Below are positions 29,465-39,336 of a stretch of 64,000 nt of DNA, in pieces (the first letter of the stretch is position 1; each line of letters opens with the position of its first letter). The notes below the pieces were generated by a model. That model did no database searches. It worked only from the letters and a program-made list of their open reading frames with translations, and was not told the origin of the DNA. Source of the DNA: Cenarchaeum sp. (GTDB taxonomy: Archaea > Thermoproteota > Nitrososphaeria > Nitrososphaerales > Nitrosopumilaceae); NCBI GenBank assembly GCA_963693095.2, contig OY843768.1, positions 256,001 to 320,000 on the forward strand. The letters run 5' to 3'. The position numbers were made by a program, and so were the translations under genes.

Positions 29465-30103
29465 TCACGAGGCCGCAGGAGCGGCCTTTATGCCCTCGAC
29501 GACGTCGCGAAAGTCCTCTAGCCTGATCTGCAGCTCGTCGATCGCCGCCGAGAGTATCTGTGAGGGCTCTAGTGCGCCAGTCGACTCTACTGTGAGGAGG
29601 TGCTCGTCATCAGAGTCGCCCTCGGTGAGGACGGCAATGTTTGCCGAGTTCCACTTTGCGTGCTCTGTGCCGCGCCCGAGGCGCGCGTACGCCTCGACCT
29701 TTACCTTTTGGCCAGGCGCGAGCTGGACTATGGGTATCTTGTCAGATGACGGCTTTACGTACGCGTCTTGTGAGGTCATGTCGCCAGAGAGTATCGTGCG
29801 CGTCTCGTCGGCCACCTCGTCGATGACTAGCATGACCCTGTTTGCGGACTCGTTGACGTCGATCTCGCGGATGTTCTTGAACTCTGTGAGGTCTGTCTTT
29901 AGCGGAATTAGGCCCAGGCGGTGCGCGAGCGCCTCGTCTGGCAGCGATGACGTGTTCTCAACGACGTCGACTGCGTCCACGGCAAACACCATGATCCCGT
30001 TGAGGCATATTCTGCGCAGCGCGTTTGCGTACTGGAGGGGGATGCCCTTGAGGCGTGCAGTTGCGCGACCGCCCTCCTCCTCTGCTATCTCTATAGATGC
30101 CAT
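29465..30103 (-). CDS. rpoD: DNA-directed RNA polymerase subunit D (Rpo3)
   Basis: 'ANALRR', 'ENTS.L.DE.LAHRLGLIPL', 'ARLGRGTEHAKW', 'VESTGAL'. Confidence 0.95.
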   Translation of the reverse strand: MASIEIAEEEGGRATARLKGIPLQYANALRRICLNGIMVFAVDAVDVVENTSSLPDEALAHRLGLIPLKTDLTEFKNIREIDVNESANRVMLVIDEVADETRTILSGDMTSQDAYVKPSSDKIPIVQLAPGQKVKVEAYARLGRGTEHAKWNSANIAVLTEGDSDDEHLLTVESTGALEPSQILSAAIDELQIRLEDFRDVVEGIKAAPAAS

Positions 30104-30413
30104 CTTGCATCCCAAAATGCCCTGATCTCCCCATAAATACCTACTAGGGGCACGCGCGATCCCTGGCGGCATCTGAGGCCCGTGGGGGATCGGGACGGCC
30201 GGCGCGCAGGCCCGGCCACCGCGGCACGCCGCGACGGCACGCGCCGACGAACACCGTGCGGCACCGCGTGGACCGCGGGCCGTGCTGGTGCGATGGGCGC
30301 ATGGGGGTGGAGGCCGTGGCCGAGGCGGTCATGCGCGCGGTCTAGGCGCCGACCTCATGCTGGCAGGTTTGTCCACTGGTTAAATAGACAATTCCGGCGC
30401 CCCCGCCTGTAGA

Positions 30414-32246
30414 ATGTCCGGACAAGCAGGCAAGACAACAAGCGTGTTCCTAATGGCGATCATGGTCGCCGGGGGGCTCACCTTTGCGATTCCCGGCGCG
30501 CCGCCGGCGATTGCCCAGTCGACAAACCCCAACCTCTACGTCTCGGCCGAGAGCGCGGCATTTGGAAACCACTTTTCTGGCCCCCAGGTCGTCGAGGTCG
30601 TCATCATAGACCCGGACCTCGACGAGACCAACGAGTCAAAGGGAGAGCCCGACGTCACGATAAACGGCAGCAGTCTGCGCATGGTCCAGGCGACTGACGG
30701 CAAGTGGTACGCCTACTTTGCCAACAGTGCGCAGGCACTACTGGCCGACGCGACTGCCGACGGCAACGCGGGCCGGGGCCTAGACTTTGGGACCATATGC
30801 GAGGACACCGACGACGCGGATCGCGTCCTTGAGACTGCGCTTGAGGTCAACGCGGGATACTATAACGTCAACACGGGGTACCATGATGCCAACGCGGGAT
30901 ACTTCTCTGACGCCATCGCCGTGGCGTTCCCGTTCGCGCATATGCGGTACACGGTCGCCAGCGGCGGCGCGGCAGGGCCGGCGCTGTCCTCGATATGGGG
31001 GTGCGGCGCAGATGACGTCACCGCCGCTTTCACGGCCGTCCCCCCAGCGCCGCCAACTGCCGCCGGCACGCACAACTATGCCGGCGTGTCGATGAACGTC
31101 GTGCGCGAGCCCAGCGCCATAAACATTGCCACTTACACTTACAATCCCAATTACCCCCACAACAGCTTTGGCCAGAGCATACAGATGGGCGATGTGGAGC
31201 CAAACGCCGAGGCGACAGCCGGGGTCTGGCCGTTCATACAGCTCTTCGACTTCAGCCAGGGCGGCAACGTCGAGGTCCAGTACCGCCGCGGCGGCGGCAT
31301 CCAGTCAGTCACGCTCAACTACGACACGATCGATGACTATGCGTCGCTCTCGCTCCTGGACCGCACGACGTACCCCGGCGGCGGCGCGCAGGTCCGCCTT
31401 GGCATGGCCAACACGTGGCTCAACGTTGACCCCACGGACAAGGACTCGTGGACGTGGGACGTCGAGGGCGGCGGCGTGGGTGGGGTGCTCTACGGTGCTT
31501 TTGACAGGAACGGCGCGCGCCAGGGGGGCGGTGCCGACCTGTCAGGCGAGCTGGCCGGCCTAATGTGCGCCGGCAACTGCGTGCCGGCGTTGGGCAGGGA
31601 CGCCGGCGGCTCCCACGTCCTGTCCCTTGCGGGCGGCACCTCCCTGGTCCTGTCCGGCACGGACGATGCTGCGGCAGCAGACCAGCTGGTCACGGTCACC
31701 GAGACGCAGGATGCCTCGGGCATCTTTGAGGGCACCGTCATATTCCCGCCCGCCGACCAGTCACCCGGCCACCGCCCAGGGGTCGCCAAGGGCGACACGG
31801 TGACGGCGCGCCATGGCGAGCACGCGCTGCCGGGCACTCACGCGCGCAACGACGGGCTCAAGCTCGAGGGCACGACGATATCCGGCACGCTCGTGCCCCT
31901 GCTAGAGAGGGCCGTCGTGAGCAACGTTCGCCTGACTGACAACTCGGGCAACCCGCTTGACACCGTCACCGTCGGCCAGCAGATCCAGGTGGTCGGCCAG
32001 GTCACCAGCGGCCAGGAGTCCGAGCAGGCCTACGTGTACCTCGTGCAGGTCAGGGACTCCAACAACATCACGCTCTCGCTCACGTGGACAAGCTCCACGC
32101 TAAACCCCGGCGAGTCGCTCACGCCGTCAATGTCGTGGCAGCCGACGGCGGCCGGTTACTACACGGCGACGGTCTTTGTCTGGGAGTCCATAGACAACCC
32201 GATTGCGCTCTCGCCGCAGGCCGAGCTGCCATTCACGGTTGCCTAG
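30414..32246 (+). CDS. S-layer-protein-like secreted protein (shortened paralogue)
   Basis: Signal peptide. N-terminal 'LYVSAE...F.GPQVVEVV..DPD.DE....GEPDVTING..LRMVQATDG.WYAYFA' and C-terminal 'VGQQIQV...YLVQV.D...SW.PT..G.YTATVFVWES.DNP.ALSP' resemble Nitrosopumilus S-layer proteins. Confidence 0.7.
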   Translation: MSGQAGKTTSVFLMAIMVAGGLTFAIPGAPPAIAQSTNPNLYVSAESAAFGNHFSGPQVVEVVIIDPDLDETNESKGEPDVTINGSSLRMVQATDGKWYAYFANSAQALLADATADGNAGRGLDFGTICEDTDDADRVLETALEVNAGYYNVNTGYHDANAGYFSDAIAVAFPFAHMRYTVASGGAAGPALSSIWGCGADDVTAAFTAVPPAPPTAAGTHNYAGVSMNVVREPSAINIATYTYNPNYPHNSFGQSIQMGDVEPNAEATAGVWPFIQLFDFSQGGNVEVQYRRGGGIQSVTLNYDTIDDYASLSLLDRTTYPGGGAQVRLGMANTWLNVDPTDKDSWTWDVEGGGVGGVLYGAFDRNGARQGGGADLSGELAGLMCAGNCVPALGRDAGGSHVLSLAGGTSLVLSGTDDAAAADQLVTVTETQDASGIFEGTVIFPPADQSPGHRPGVAKGDTVTARHGEHALPGTHARNDGLKLEGTTISGTLVPLLERAVVSNVRLTDNSGNPLDTVTVGQQIQVVGQVTSGQESEQAYVYLVQVRDSNNITLSLTWTSSTLNPGESLTPSMSWQPTAAGYYTATVFVWESIDNPIALSPQAELPFTVA

Positions 32247-32573
32247 GCCGGTGCACTCGGGCGGCTTGTTCACCGCCCTGGCCCGCTTTGTGGAGCTAAC
32301 GCGCTGATCCTTGACCGCGACTGCGTGCTCGTCGACGTGTGCGGCTTGCACGACGCGGCGATCGCGCCGACAGTTGGGCGCCTGCTCGGGGAGCCCTGCG
32401 CGGCGGAGGGGCGCGGTGGGCAGGCGCTGATCGGACCCAACGCCTCGCTCGTCGACGCCGTTACGGTGCGCCTGCTACGGAGGGCGACCGGCCGCAGGCC
32501 CGGGGTCGTCACGGGCTCCATGCGCGGAGGCGGCGCCCACAGATAAATAGGCGGGCAGTCGGGGGGCTGCGAC

Positions 32574-33260
32574 ATGGCCGACATGAGCGTCGTAAAGTAT
32601 TCGCACGAGGGCGAGCGCTTTGAGATACTCGTAAAGCCAGACCCCGCGCTTGACTACAAGCTCGGCAAAAAGTCAGACATCTCGCAGGTTCTAGTCTCTG
32701 ATGAGATATATTCGGACTCTGGCCGCGGGACGCGCGCCTCCTCTGAAAAGCTCCAAAAGGCGTTCAAGACAGATGACGCGACTGCGATAGCCGAGCACAT
32801 ACTAAAGCACGGCGACCTTGGCCTGACGACTGACCAGCGCCGCAAGATGATCGAGGAGAAGCGCAAGAGAATAGTCGACGAGATAGCGCGCACGTACGTG
32901 GATCCGCGATCCCACCTGCCCCACCCACCCATGCGCGTCGAGCAGGCCATGAAGGACGCGCGGATCACGATAGACCCCCAAAAGTCCATCCCCGAGCAGG
33001 TCTCGCGCATCGTCGACGAGCTGCGCAGCGTCATCCCGCTAAAGTCCGAGACGATGACCCTGGAGATCGTGGTTCCGGCCCAGTATGCGGCCCAATCGTA
33101 CTCTGTCCTAAAGTCGGCCGGCTCGCTAAAGCACGAGGAGTGGCTCCAGAACGGCTCCCTCAAGGCAATACTTGAAATACCCGCCGCATCGCGGCCCGGC
33201 GTGCTAGACAGGTTAGCCTCAGTCACCAAGGGAACGGCGAGCGCCGAGATGCAGAAATGA
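32574..33260 (+). CDS. Ribosome maturation factor SBDS/SDO1
   Basis: 'GERFEILVKPD.A', 'LTTDQRRKM.EEKRK.I', 'DPR..LPHPP.R.EQAM'. Confidence 0.95.
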   Translation: MADMSVVKYSHEGERFEILVKPDPALDYKLGKKSDISQVLVSDEIYSDSGRGTRASSEKLQKAFKTDDATAIAEHILKHGDLGLTTDQRRKMIEEKRKRIVDEIARTYVDPRSHLPHPPMRVEQAMKDARITIDPQKSIPEQVSRIVDELRSVIPLKSETMTLEIVVPAQYAAQSYSVLKSAGSLKHEEWLQNGSLKAILEIPAASRPGVLDRLASVTKGTASAEMQK

Positions 33261-33940
33261 CCCAGCATGGAATGCCCCGCACGGTGATGCCCGGAGACGT
33301 CATCACGCGCGAGGCCCGCAGGGCCGGCGACAATGTCGTCCTCGAGGGTGACACGCTTGTCTCCTCGGCCGTCGGCCTCGTCAACGTGACTGATGACACG
33401 GTGAGCGTCATGCCCCTTGCCGGCAAGTACATCCCAAAGCCCGATGACCTCATCGTCGGCATGGTCATATCGCACACGTCGCAGGCCTGGGAGCTGGACA
33501 TTAACGCGCCGTACGTCGGCTTTTTGCTCGCCACTGACGTCTTTGGCCGCGACTTTGCCTCACACGCCGACGAGCTCACATCAAAGCTCGCCCTCGGCGA
33601 CCTAGTGGCCGCACGCGTCGCCAACTTTGACCGGACGCGCGACCCGCTCATCACGATAGACGACCGCGACCTCGGCAAGATAGACTCTGGCGAGCTCGTA
33701 AAGATGTCGCCGGGCAAGGTCGCAAGCCTCATCGGCAAGCAGGGCAGCATGATCCAGGCCATAGAGACGGCCACTGATGCGGCCATCACGATAGGGCAGA
33801 ACGGGTGGGTCGTGATCTCCTGTGAAAGCCCCGATGGCTTATTAAGGGCCAAAAGGGCAGTTGAGACAATTGAGCAAGGGGCATATTCACCAGGGCTTAT
33901 GGACAGGGTCAAGTCCGTCCTTGGGTCGAGGAGCGGATAG
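33257..33940 (+). CDS. rrp4: Exosome RNA-binding protein Rrp4
   Basis: 'YIPK.DD.IVG', S1 plus KH domains ('IGKQGSMI...IGQNGWV'). Confidence 0.94.
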   Translation: MTQHGMPRTVMPGDVITREARRAGDNVVLEGDTLVSSAVGLVNVTDDTVSVMPLAGKYIPKPDDLIVGMVISHTSQAWELDINAPYVGFLLATDVFGRDFASHADELTSKLALGDLVAARVANFDRTRDPLITIDDRDLGKIDSGELVKMSPGKVASLIGKQGSMIQAIETATDAAITIGQNGWVVISCESPDGLLRAKRAVETIEQGAYSPGLMDRVKSVLGSRSG

Positions 33941-33943
33941 GAA

Positions 33944-34678
33944 ATGGGCGGACGGGACACAGACGTCGTACTGCTAGACGCCAATGGCATCCGCTGCGAC
34001 GGTCGCAAGATCGACGAGCCTCGCCGCGTAATGATAAAGGCCGGCGTTCTCCACAACGCAAACGGCTCGGCGTACATTGAGTTTGGCGACAACAAGATAA
34101 TCGCCGGCGTGTTCGGCCCGCGTGACGTTCACCCAAAGCACCAGTCAAACGCCGAGACGGGGATACTGCGCGTGCGCTACCACATGCAGCCATACTCGGT
34201 GAGCGAGCGCAAGAGGCCAGCGCCGTCGCGCCGCGAGATCGAGATATCAAAGGTGATAAAGGAGGCGCTCCTGCCGGCAGTCATGCTAGAAAAGTTTCCG
34301 CGAACCGCAGTTGACGTGTTCATCGAGATACTCCAGGCCGACGGCGGCTCGCGCTGCGCGGCCCTTGATGCCGCAGCCGTCGCGCTAGCTGACGCGGGAA
34401 TACCGATGAGGGACATGGTCTCGGCATGTGCTGCCGGCAAGGTTGCTGACACGATCGTCCTTGACGTCAACAACGAGGAGGATCAGGCGGGCCAGGCTGA
34501 CATGCCAGTCGCCATAATGCCGTCATCTGGCAAGGTCACGCTCCTGCAGCTCGACGGCGTGCTCAGCGCAGACGAGTACAAGCGGTGCGTGCAGACGGGC
34601 ATTGACGGGTGCAGGCTAGTCTATGAGATACAGAAAAAGGCGCTAGAGGAGCGCTACTTTGCGGGGGCGAGCCAGTAA
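33944..34678 (+). CDS. rrp41: Exosome exonuclease Rrp41
   Basis: 'R.DGRK.DE.R', 'GPR', 'SRREIEISKVI', 'QADGGSR', 'DMPVA'. Confidence 0.96.
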   Translation: MGGRDTDVVLLDANGIRCDGRKIDEPRRVMIKAGVLHNANGSAYIEFGDNKIIAGVFGPRDVHPKHQSNAETGILRVRYHMQPYSVSERKRPAPSRREIEISKVIKEALLPAVMLEKFPRTAVDVFIEILQADGGSRCAALDAAAVALADAGIPMRDMVSACAAGKVADTIVLDVNNEEDQAGQADMPVAIMPSSGKVTLLQLDGVLSADEYKRCVQTGIDGCRLVYEIQKKALEERYFAGASQ

Positions 34679-35493
34679 TGGGGACAGTCTCGATACTTGA
34701 CGGACTAAAGCGCAAGATGGTGACTGACTCGCTGGCCTCCGGGCGCCGCACCGACGGGCGTGCGCCAGGCGAGATGCGCGAGCTCACAATAGAGACGGGC
34801 GTCATACCAAAGGCCGAGGGCTCGGCCCGCGTTCGCCTTGGACGCACCGAGGTCGTCACTGGAGTAAAGGTAAACCCCGACAGGCCGTTTCCGGACACGG
34901 GAGACCGCGGCACGTTCATCTGCACCGCCGAGATTCCTCCTCTTGCCCACCCTGATGCCGAGGCCGGCCCGCCAAGCGAGGCCGTCATAGAGCTCGCGCG
35001 CGTCGTTGACCGCGGCATACGCGAGAGCCACATGGTCGACATGTCACAGCTCGTCATAAAGCGCGACGTCTCAGTCATCGGCGTGTTCACCGACAACGCT
35101 GTCCTGGACAACGGCGGCAACCTCTTTGATGCGTGCTCGTATGCCTCGACTGCGGCAATCCTCTCGTGCAAGATGCCGGTGTGGGAGATGGTCGATGACG
35201 CGCCAAAGCGCGTCGAGGGCCAGCTGCGCGCCCCGCCAATCACGACGGTTCCGGTCTCGGTGACGATGGGCCGCATAGGCGAGCACATCGTCGTGGACCC
35301 AAACGCGGACGAGTGGACGTGCCTTGATGCGAGGCTGACGATAACGACAAACTCGGATGGCAACATCTGCGCGCTCCAAAAGGGCGGGCGTGACGGCTTT
35401 ACTCCCGAGCAGCTCAACGAGTGTGCCGAGACGGCAATCTCGGTGGGTGCGCGCGTGCGCCCAAAGCTAGAGGCGGCTCGCTCGAGCCAGTGA
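34678..35493 (+). CDS. rrp42: Exosome subunit Rrp42
   Basis: 'R.DGR...E.R', 'KAEGSA.V.LG.T', 'PFPDT', 'ELARVVDRGIRES'. Confidence 0.96.
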   Translation: MGTVSILDGLKRKMVTDSLASGRRTDGRAPGEMRELTIETGVIPKAEGSARVRLGRTEVVTGVKVNPDRPFPDTGDRGTFICTAEIPPLAHPDAEAGPPSEAVIELARVVDRGIRESHMVDMSQLVIKRDVSVIGVFTDNAVLDNGGNLFDACSYASTAAILSCKMPVWEMVDDAPKRVEGQLRAPPITTVPVSVTMGRIGEHIVVDPNADEWTCLDARLTITTNSDGNICALQKGGRDGFTPEQLNECAETAISVGARVRPKLEAARSSQ

Positions 35494-35500
35494 GCGCGCC

Positions 35501-35710
35501 ATGGCCAAGAAAAAGTCGCTCAAGGGCCTTGGCACGAGATACGGGATAAAGATCCGCAAACAGTACACAAAGATACACCTCCAGCTAAAGCAAAAGCGCG
35601 CATGCCCAGAGTGCGGCGCGATGCGCGTCACGCGCGTCGCAGTCGGGATATGGACATGCAAAAAGTGCGGCTATACGATTGCCGGCACGGCGTACAATGT
35701 CAAGCTCTAG
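35501..35710 (+). CDS. rpl37ae: 50S ribosomal protein L37Ae
   Basis: 'G.RYG...RK', 'CPECG...R.AVGIW.CKKCG'. Confidence 0.95.
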   Translation: MAKKKSLKGLGTRYGIKIRKQYTKIHLQLKQKRACPECGAMRVTRVAVGIWTCKKCGYTIAGTAYNVKL

Positions 35711-35933
35711 TGCGCGCATAGAGGTTCATGCCGGCGAGCTCGCCGGCTCGATCATCGAGTCACTCTCCGGCGAGGGCGGCTATGGCATGACCCTGGCGCG
35801 AGACGGCGACACGGTAATCATAGACCTCGACGATCAGGCCTTGCCGCACCTGCGCGCCGCGATTAACTCTGTGCTCCGCCTGGTCCAGGCCGGCCATGGC
35901 GCACTCGACGCGTCTGGCACGCCGCGCGGGTAG
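35697..35933 (+). CDS. pcc1: KEOPS complex subunit Pcc1-like
   Basis: 'LRAAINSVLRLV' motif and conserved position after rpl37ae. Confidence 0.75.
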   Translation: MSSSSARIEVHAGELAGSIIESLSGEGGYGMTLARDGDTVIIDLDDQALPHLRAAINSVLRLVQAGHGALDASGTPRG

Positions 35934-35943
35934 GTGCGCGGAC

Positions 35944-36429
35944 ATGCGCCGCGCGCGCGAGTCACCAGAGGTGCGCAGCCGCATAATGTCGGCCATACGC
36001 TCGACGAACACAAAGCCAGAGATTGCCGTGCGCCGCGCCATCTGGAGCCGCGGCCTGCGCTACCGCATACACGACAGGTCCGTTCCTGGCACGCCGGACA
36101 TCTCCAACAGGTCGCGCCGCGTCGCCGTGTTCATCGACGGCTGCTTTTGGCACGCGTGCCCCAAATGCTACCGCGAGCCGCGCTCCAACGTGACGTTCTG
36201 GCGCGCCAAGATATCGCGCAACAGGGCCCGGCGGACAGAGGTCAAAAAGATGCTCAACGTCGACGGCTGGCTCGTCGTGCAGGCCTGGGAGCATGAGATT
36301 CGGCGCAGCCCCGAGCGTGTTGCTGACCGCATCGAGAAAAAGTTCAGGATCGGCGCAGCACGGGGGCGTGTGGGCCATGGCAGGGGGGCGACACGGCGGC
36401 GCGCCATCCCGCAGCGTGGCCGCCCCTAG
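35944..36429 (+). CDS. vsr: Very short patch repair endonuclease
   Basis: 'RSRIMSAIRS.NTKPEI', 'G.PDI', 'FIDGCFWHAC', 'FW..KI.RN..R', 'WEHE'. Confidence 0.92.
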   Translation: MRRARESPEVRSRIMSAIRSTNTKPEIAVRRAIWSRGLRYRIHDRSVPGTPDISNRSRRVAVFIDGCFWHACPKCYREPRSNVTFWRAKISRNRARRTEVKKMLNVDGWLVVQAWEHEIRRSPERVADRIEKKFRIGAARGRVGHGRGATRRRAIPQRGRP

Positions 36430-36522
36430 GGCCTGCGCTTGTGCGCACGGCCACCGTGCGTGATCCCGGGATCGACGGTATAATTAAAATATGGACAGCC
36501 GCGCGCCCGCCTCGAGATCGAC

Positions 36523-37458
36523 ATGACCTTTGCGCACATATCTGACATTCACCTGGGCCAAAAGCAGTATGGCGCCGGGGAGCGCGAGGAGGACATGTAT
36601 GACGCCTTTGGCCAGGCCGTCGACATCTCGATCAGGGATCACGTCGAGTTTGTCCTGATCTCTGGTGACCTCTTTGACATGGCCGGCAAGGGCAAGAGGG
36701 CAGTCGTGGAGTTTAGCGCGGCCGCTGCCAGGCTCTCCGACGCGGGCATACGGTCATACTATGTGCTCGGCGAGCACGACACGGCGAGGATAGGCGCAAC
36801 GCCGCTGGACTTTGCGCGCAACACGCTGGCTCCGGCAAGGCATGCCGGCGACGGCGAGCCGCTCGTCCACGAGGGCACAATGATCATCGGCTTTGACATG
36901 TTCGCCCCTGACGAGCTAGATCGCGCAAGGGAGACCATTGCGGCCGCCGGACGCCTCGCCGGCGAACACAACGGCAAGAGCGTGCTGCTCATGCACCAGG
37001 GGATAATCGACGCGACGGGAGTTCCCGGCGAGCTCGGCGTTGACGCGCTGCCCTCACAGTTCTCGTACTATGCGATGGGCCACCTCCATGACCGCTATGA
37101 CGCGCGGCCTGCCTCGCTTGGAGGCCCAATTGCGTATCCGGGCTCGACAGAGGTTGCCATACACGAGGGCATCAATGGCTCAAAAAAGGGATTCTATGAG
37201 GTGGACCTGTCCGGAGACTCTGCCTCGCTGTCGTGGATTGGCCTCGACACGCGCCCGCACATATCGTTCTCGGCCGAATATGGCGAGCTCGCATCGCGCG
37301 CCGGCGAGATTGCGGCAGCGGCTGCCGCGTGCGCCAAAAAGCCAGTCGTGGGCCTGAGCCTGGGGGGCACGTTTGATGCGGCCGAGGCCCGCAGGATTGC
37401 GGCTCCCATACGCGAGGCCTCGATATGGTGCCAGATAACGTCGGCCGGAAGATCCTGA
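36523..37458 (+). CDS. Mre11/SbcD-like metallophosphoesterase nuclease
   Basis: DIHLG, SGDLFD, GEHD, LMHQG, YYAMGHLH and YPGSTE motifs. Confidence 0.88.
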   Translation: MTFAHISDIHLGQKQYGAGEREEDMYDAFGQAVDISIRDHVEFVLISGDLFDMAGKGKRAVVEFSAAAARLSDAGIRSYYVLGEHDTARIGATPLDFARNTLAPARHAGDGEPLVHEGTMIIGFDMFAPDELDRARETIAAAGRLAGEHNGKSVLLMHQGIIDATGVPGELGVDALPSQFSYYAMGHLHDRYDARPASLGGPIAYPGSTEVAIHEGINGSKKGFYEVDLSGDSASLSWIGLDTRPHISFSAEYGELASRAGEIAAAAAACAKKPVVGLSLGGTFDAAEARRIAAPIREASIWCQITSAGRS

Positions 37459-37500
37459 GTCGGCATATACTCTTATTGATTGGTCCTGCGCCGCGTGAGC

Positions 37501-38151
37501 ATGGCGCTGCGCGACCTCGACCTAAAGCAAGAGTACCGCTCTGACCGAGACGACATCGTCCACGGGTTCTTTATCAGGTGCCTTGCAAACTCGGTCAGCT
37601 ATGACCGCTCAATAGAGCACGTCTCTGTCAAGAGCCTCACGACGCTTGCGCTAAACTCGACGAACACGTCTGACATGCGCCTCCGCATAGTGTCAGGAAC
37701 GAGGTTTCGCGCATCAGACATTGCGACGCTGAGCAAGATGTTCTCGGATCGCAAGGTCGGCCATGCGGGCGAGCGAATGCGCGAGGGCAAGCTTGCGGCC
37801 CTCCAGTCAATGATTCGCGCGGGGCGCCTGCAGATAAAGGTCGCAATACCAAGCTCTGAGGACATCGTCGGCTTGTTCACCGAGAGGATTGGGATATTTG
37901 CCGATGAGGCCGGAGACATTGTCGCGTTCACCGGAACGTCAAACCGCACGTTTGACTCGCAGAGCCTCGACTTTGAGTCCATCGACGTGTTCACGTCATG
38001 GGAGGACACATCGCGCGTCGAGACAAAGGTGCGAGACTTTGGCAAGCTCTGGGCAAACGAGACTCGCTATCTCTCGGTGTGTGACTTTGCGCGCGCCGAG
38101 GCCGAGAACCTCCTAAAGTACTCGTCATCGTGGGCAGTCTCACTTGAGTGA
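37501..38151 (+). CDS. Stand-alone PLD-like domain resembling the N-terminus of restriction/repair SF2 helicases, catalytic motif degenerate
   Basis: 'LRDLDLKQEYRS..DDIV..FF..CL..S..YDR', 'FTERIGIF.D..GD.VAFTGTSN', 'FESIDVFTSW'. Confidence 0.6.
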   Translation: MALRDLDLKQEYRSDRDDIVHGFFIRCLANSVSYDRSIEHVSVKSLTTLALNSTNTSDMRLRIVSGTRFRASDIATLSKMFSDRKVGHAGERMREGKLAALQSMIRAGRLQIKVAIPSSEDIVGLFTERIGIFADEAGDIVAFTGTSNRTFDSQSLDFESIDVFTSWEDTSRVETKVRDFGKLWANETRYLSVCDFARAEAENLLKYSSSWAVSLE

Positions 38152-38703
38152 TGCGCCCTCGCGGGCCCTGTTCTCCGGAAACGTTGATGGCGTTATCTTG
38201 TAGTATATGACCTCGCCGCGGCCGTCAACGACGGCAACTATGGGCTCCTTTCCCATGCGCGTCATCTCTACCACCTTTTCCTGCAGTGCGCCGGCAGTCT
38301 CGCGCGTCCCGTCGCTAAACCCAAAGACGAGGTACTTTGCGCCCTTTTTGCCATAGTCGCCGCGCTCGTACACGCAAAAGTCCGTCCCAAACCCAAAGCC
38401 GTCGCGCACCGTGTACCCGCGGGCCCGCAGGTCCCTGTATATGAGAAAGCGCTCTAGTGCGCCTTCGGACTTTTTTCTTGCGGCGCGCATGAGCTCGTCA
38501 AACCCAACGGTGCGCTCCCCGCGGCGCATGGTGAGCGATCCGCGGTACACAAGGTAGAGCGCCTCGTGGGCCGCGAGGACCTGCGCCTCGCCGCTCGCCT
38601 CGCCGTACCCGTCGCCTCGCAGCTCGGCCGCGCCCGACCCGCCGGCGACGCTGACCTTGATGCCTGACACCGTGCCGGCAAACCTTGGCTTTTCTGCCTC
38701 CAT
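38140..38703 (-). CDS. endA: tRNA splicing endonuclease subunit
   Basis: 'EALYL', 'FLIYRDLRARGY.V..GFGFG.DF.VY', 'AVVD..GEVIYY'. Confidence 0.88.
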   Translation of the reverse strand: MEAEKPRFAGTVSGIKVSVAGGSGAAELRGDGYGEASGEAQVLAAHEALYLVYRGSLTMRRGERTVGFDELMRAARKKSEGALERFLIYRDLRARGYTVRDGFGFGTDFCVYERGDYGKKGAKYLVFGFSDGTRETAGALQEKVVEMTRMGKEPIVAVVDGRGEVIYYKITPSTFPENRAREGASLK

Positions 38704-38844
38704 GGGACACGCCGCATGCAATTTTTCAATATAAGGATACGTGGGGGGCCGCGATGCGGCCACCGTGGGTGCCGACTGCCGTCCACCGGTCGCCCCACCT
38801 GCCTATCAGGGTTAAATATGGGCACCATGGCGCGTGGGGACAGA

Positions 38845-39336
38845 ATGCACGGGGCAAACTATCGGCACGGCAACGGCCAGCCATACACGCGAAAAAAGTA
38901 CATCAAGGGCAAGCCGCAATCAAAGATCGCAAAGTACCATGGCGGCAAGCCCGGCGAGTATGACGTCTGCGTGCAGCTCCTCATACGCGAAAAGGTCCAG
39001 ATACGCCACATGGCCATCGAGTCTGCCAGGCTCGCGGCCAACAAGACGCTAGAAAAGACGACTGGCGAGACTGGCTACTTTTCGCGCCTTCGCATATACC
39101 CGCACGTGCTACTTCGCGAGAACAAGATGATTGCAGCCGCCGGAGCCGACAGGCTTCAGGAGGGGATGCGCCGCGCGTTTGGCAAGGCCGTCAGCCTTGC
39201 GGCCCGGCTCCAGGCCGGCCAGTGCGTCATGGAGATGCACGTCAACCGCGAGCACGTCGAGGCGGCAAAAAAGGCGCTTCACATCGCGTGCATAAAGCTG
39301 CCGGGAACGCCGCTCATTCGCGTTATCGACAACTAG
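38845..39336 (+). CDS. rpl10e: 50S ribosomal protein L10e (uL16)
   Basis: 'YTRKKYI.G.P', 'QIRH.AIESAR', 'YPH..LRENKM...AGADRLQEGMRRAFGK'. Confidence 0.97.
   Translation: MHGANYRHGNGQPYTRKKYIKGKPQSKIAKYHGGKPGEYDVCVQLLIREKVQIRHMAIESARLAANKTLEKTTGETGYFSRLRIYPHVLLRENKMIAAAGADRLQEGMRRAFGKAVSLAARLQAGQCVMEMHVNREHVEAAKKALHIACIKLPGTPLIRVIDN

Noticed and set aside
30170-30370. GC-rich, partly self-complementary intergenic stretches (also about 1800-1980, 18560-18780, 52340-52680, 60150-60340)
   Set aside because: I could not identify shared sequence, TIRs or a consistent structure; short complementarity is expected by chance at this GC content.
32270-32560. Possible Pop5/RNase P protein remnant upstream of SBDS
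   Set aside because: Only positional expectation supports it; there is no convincing motif or start.
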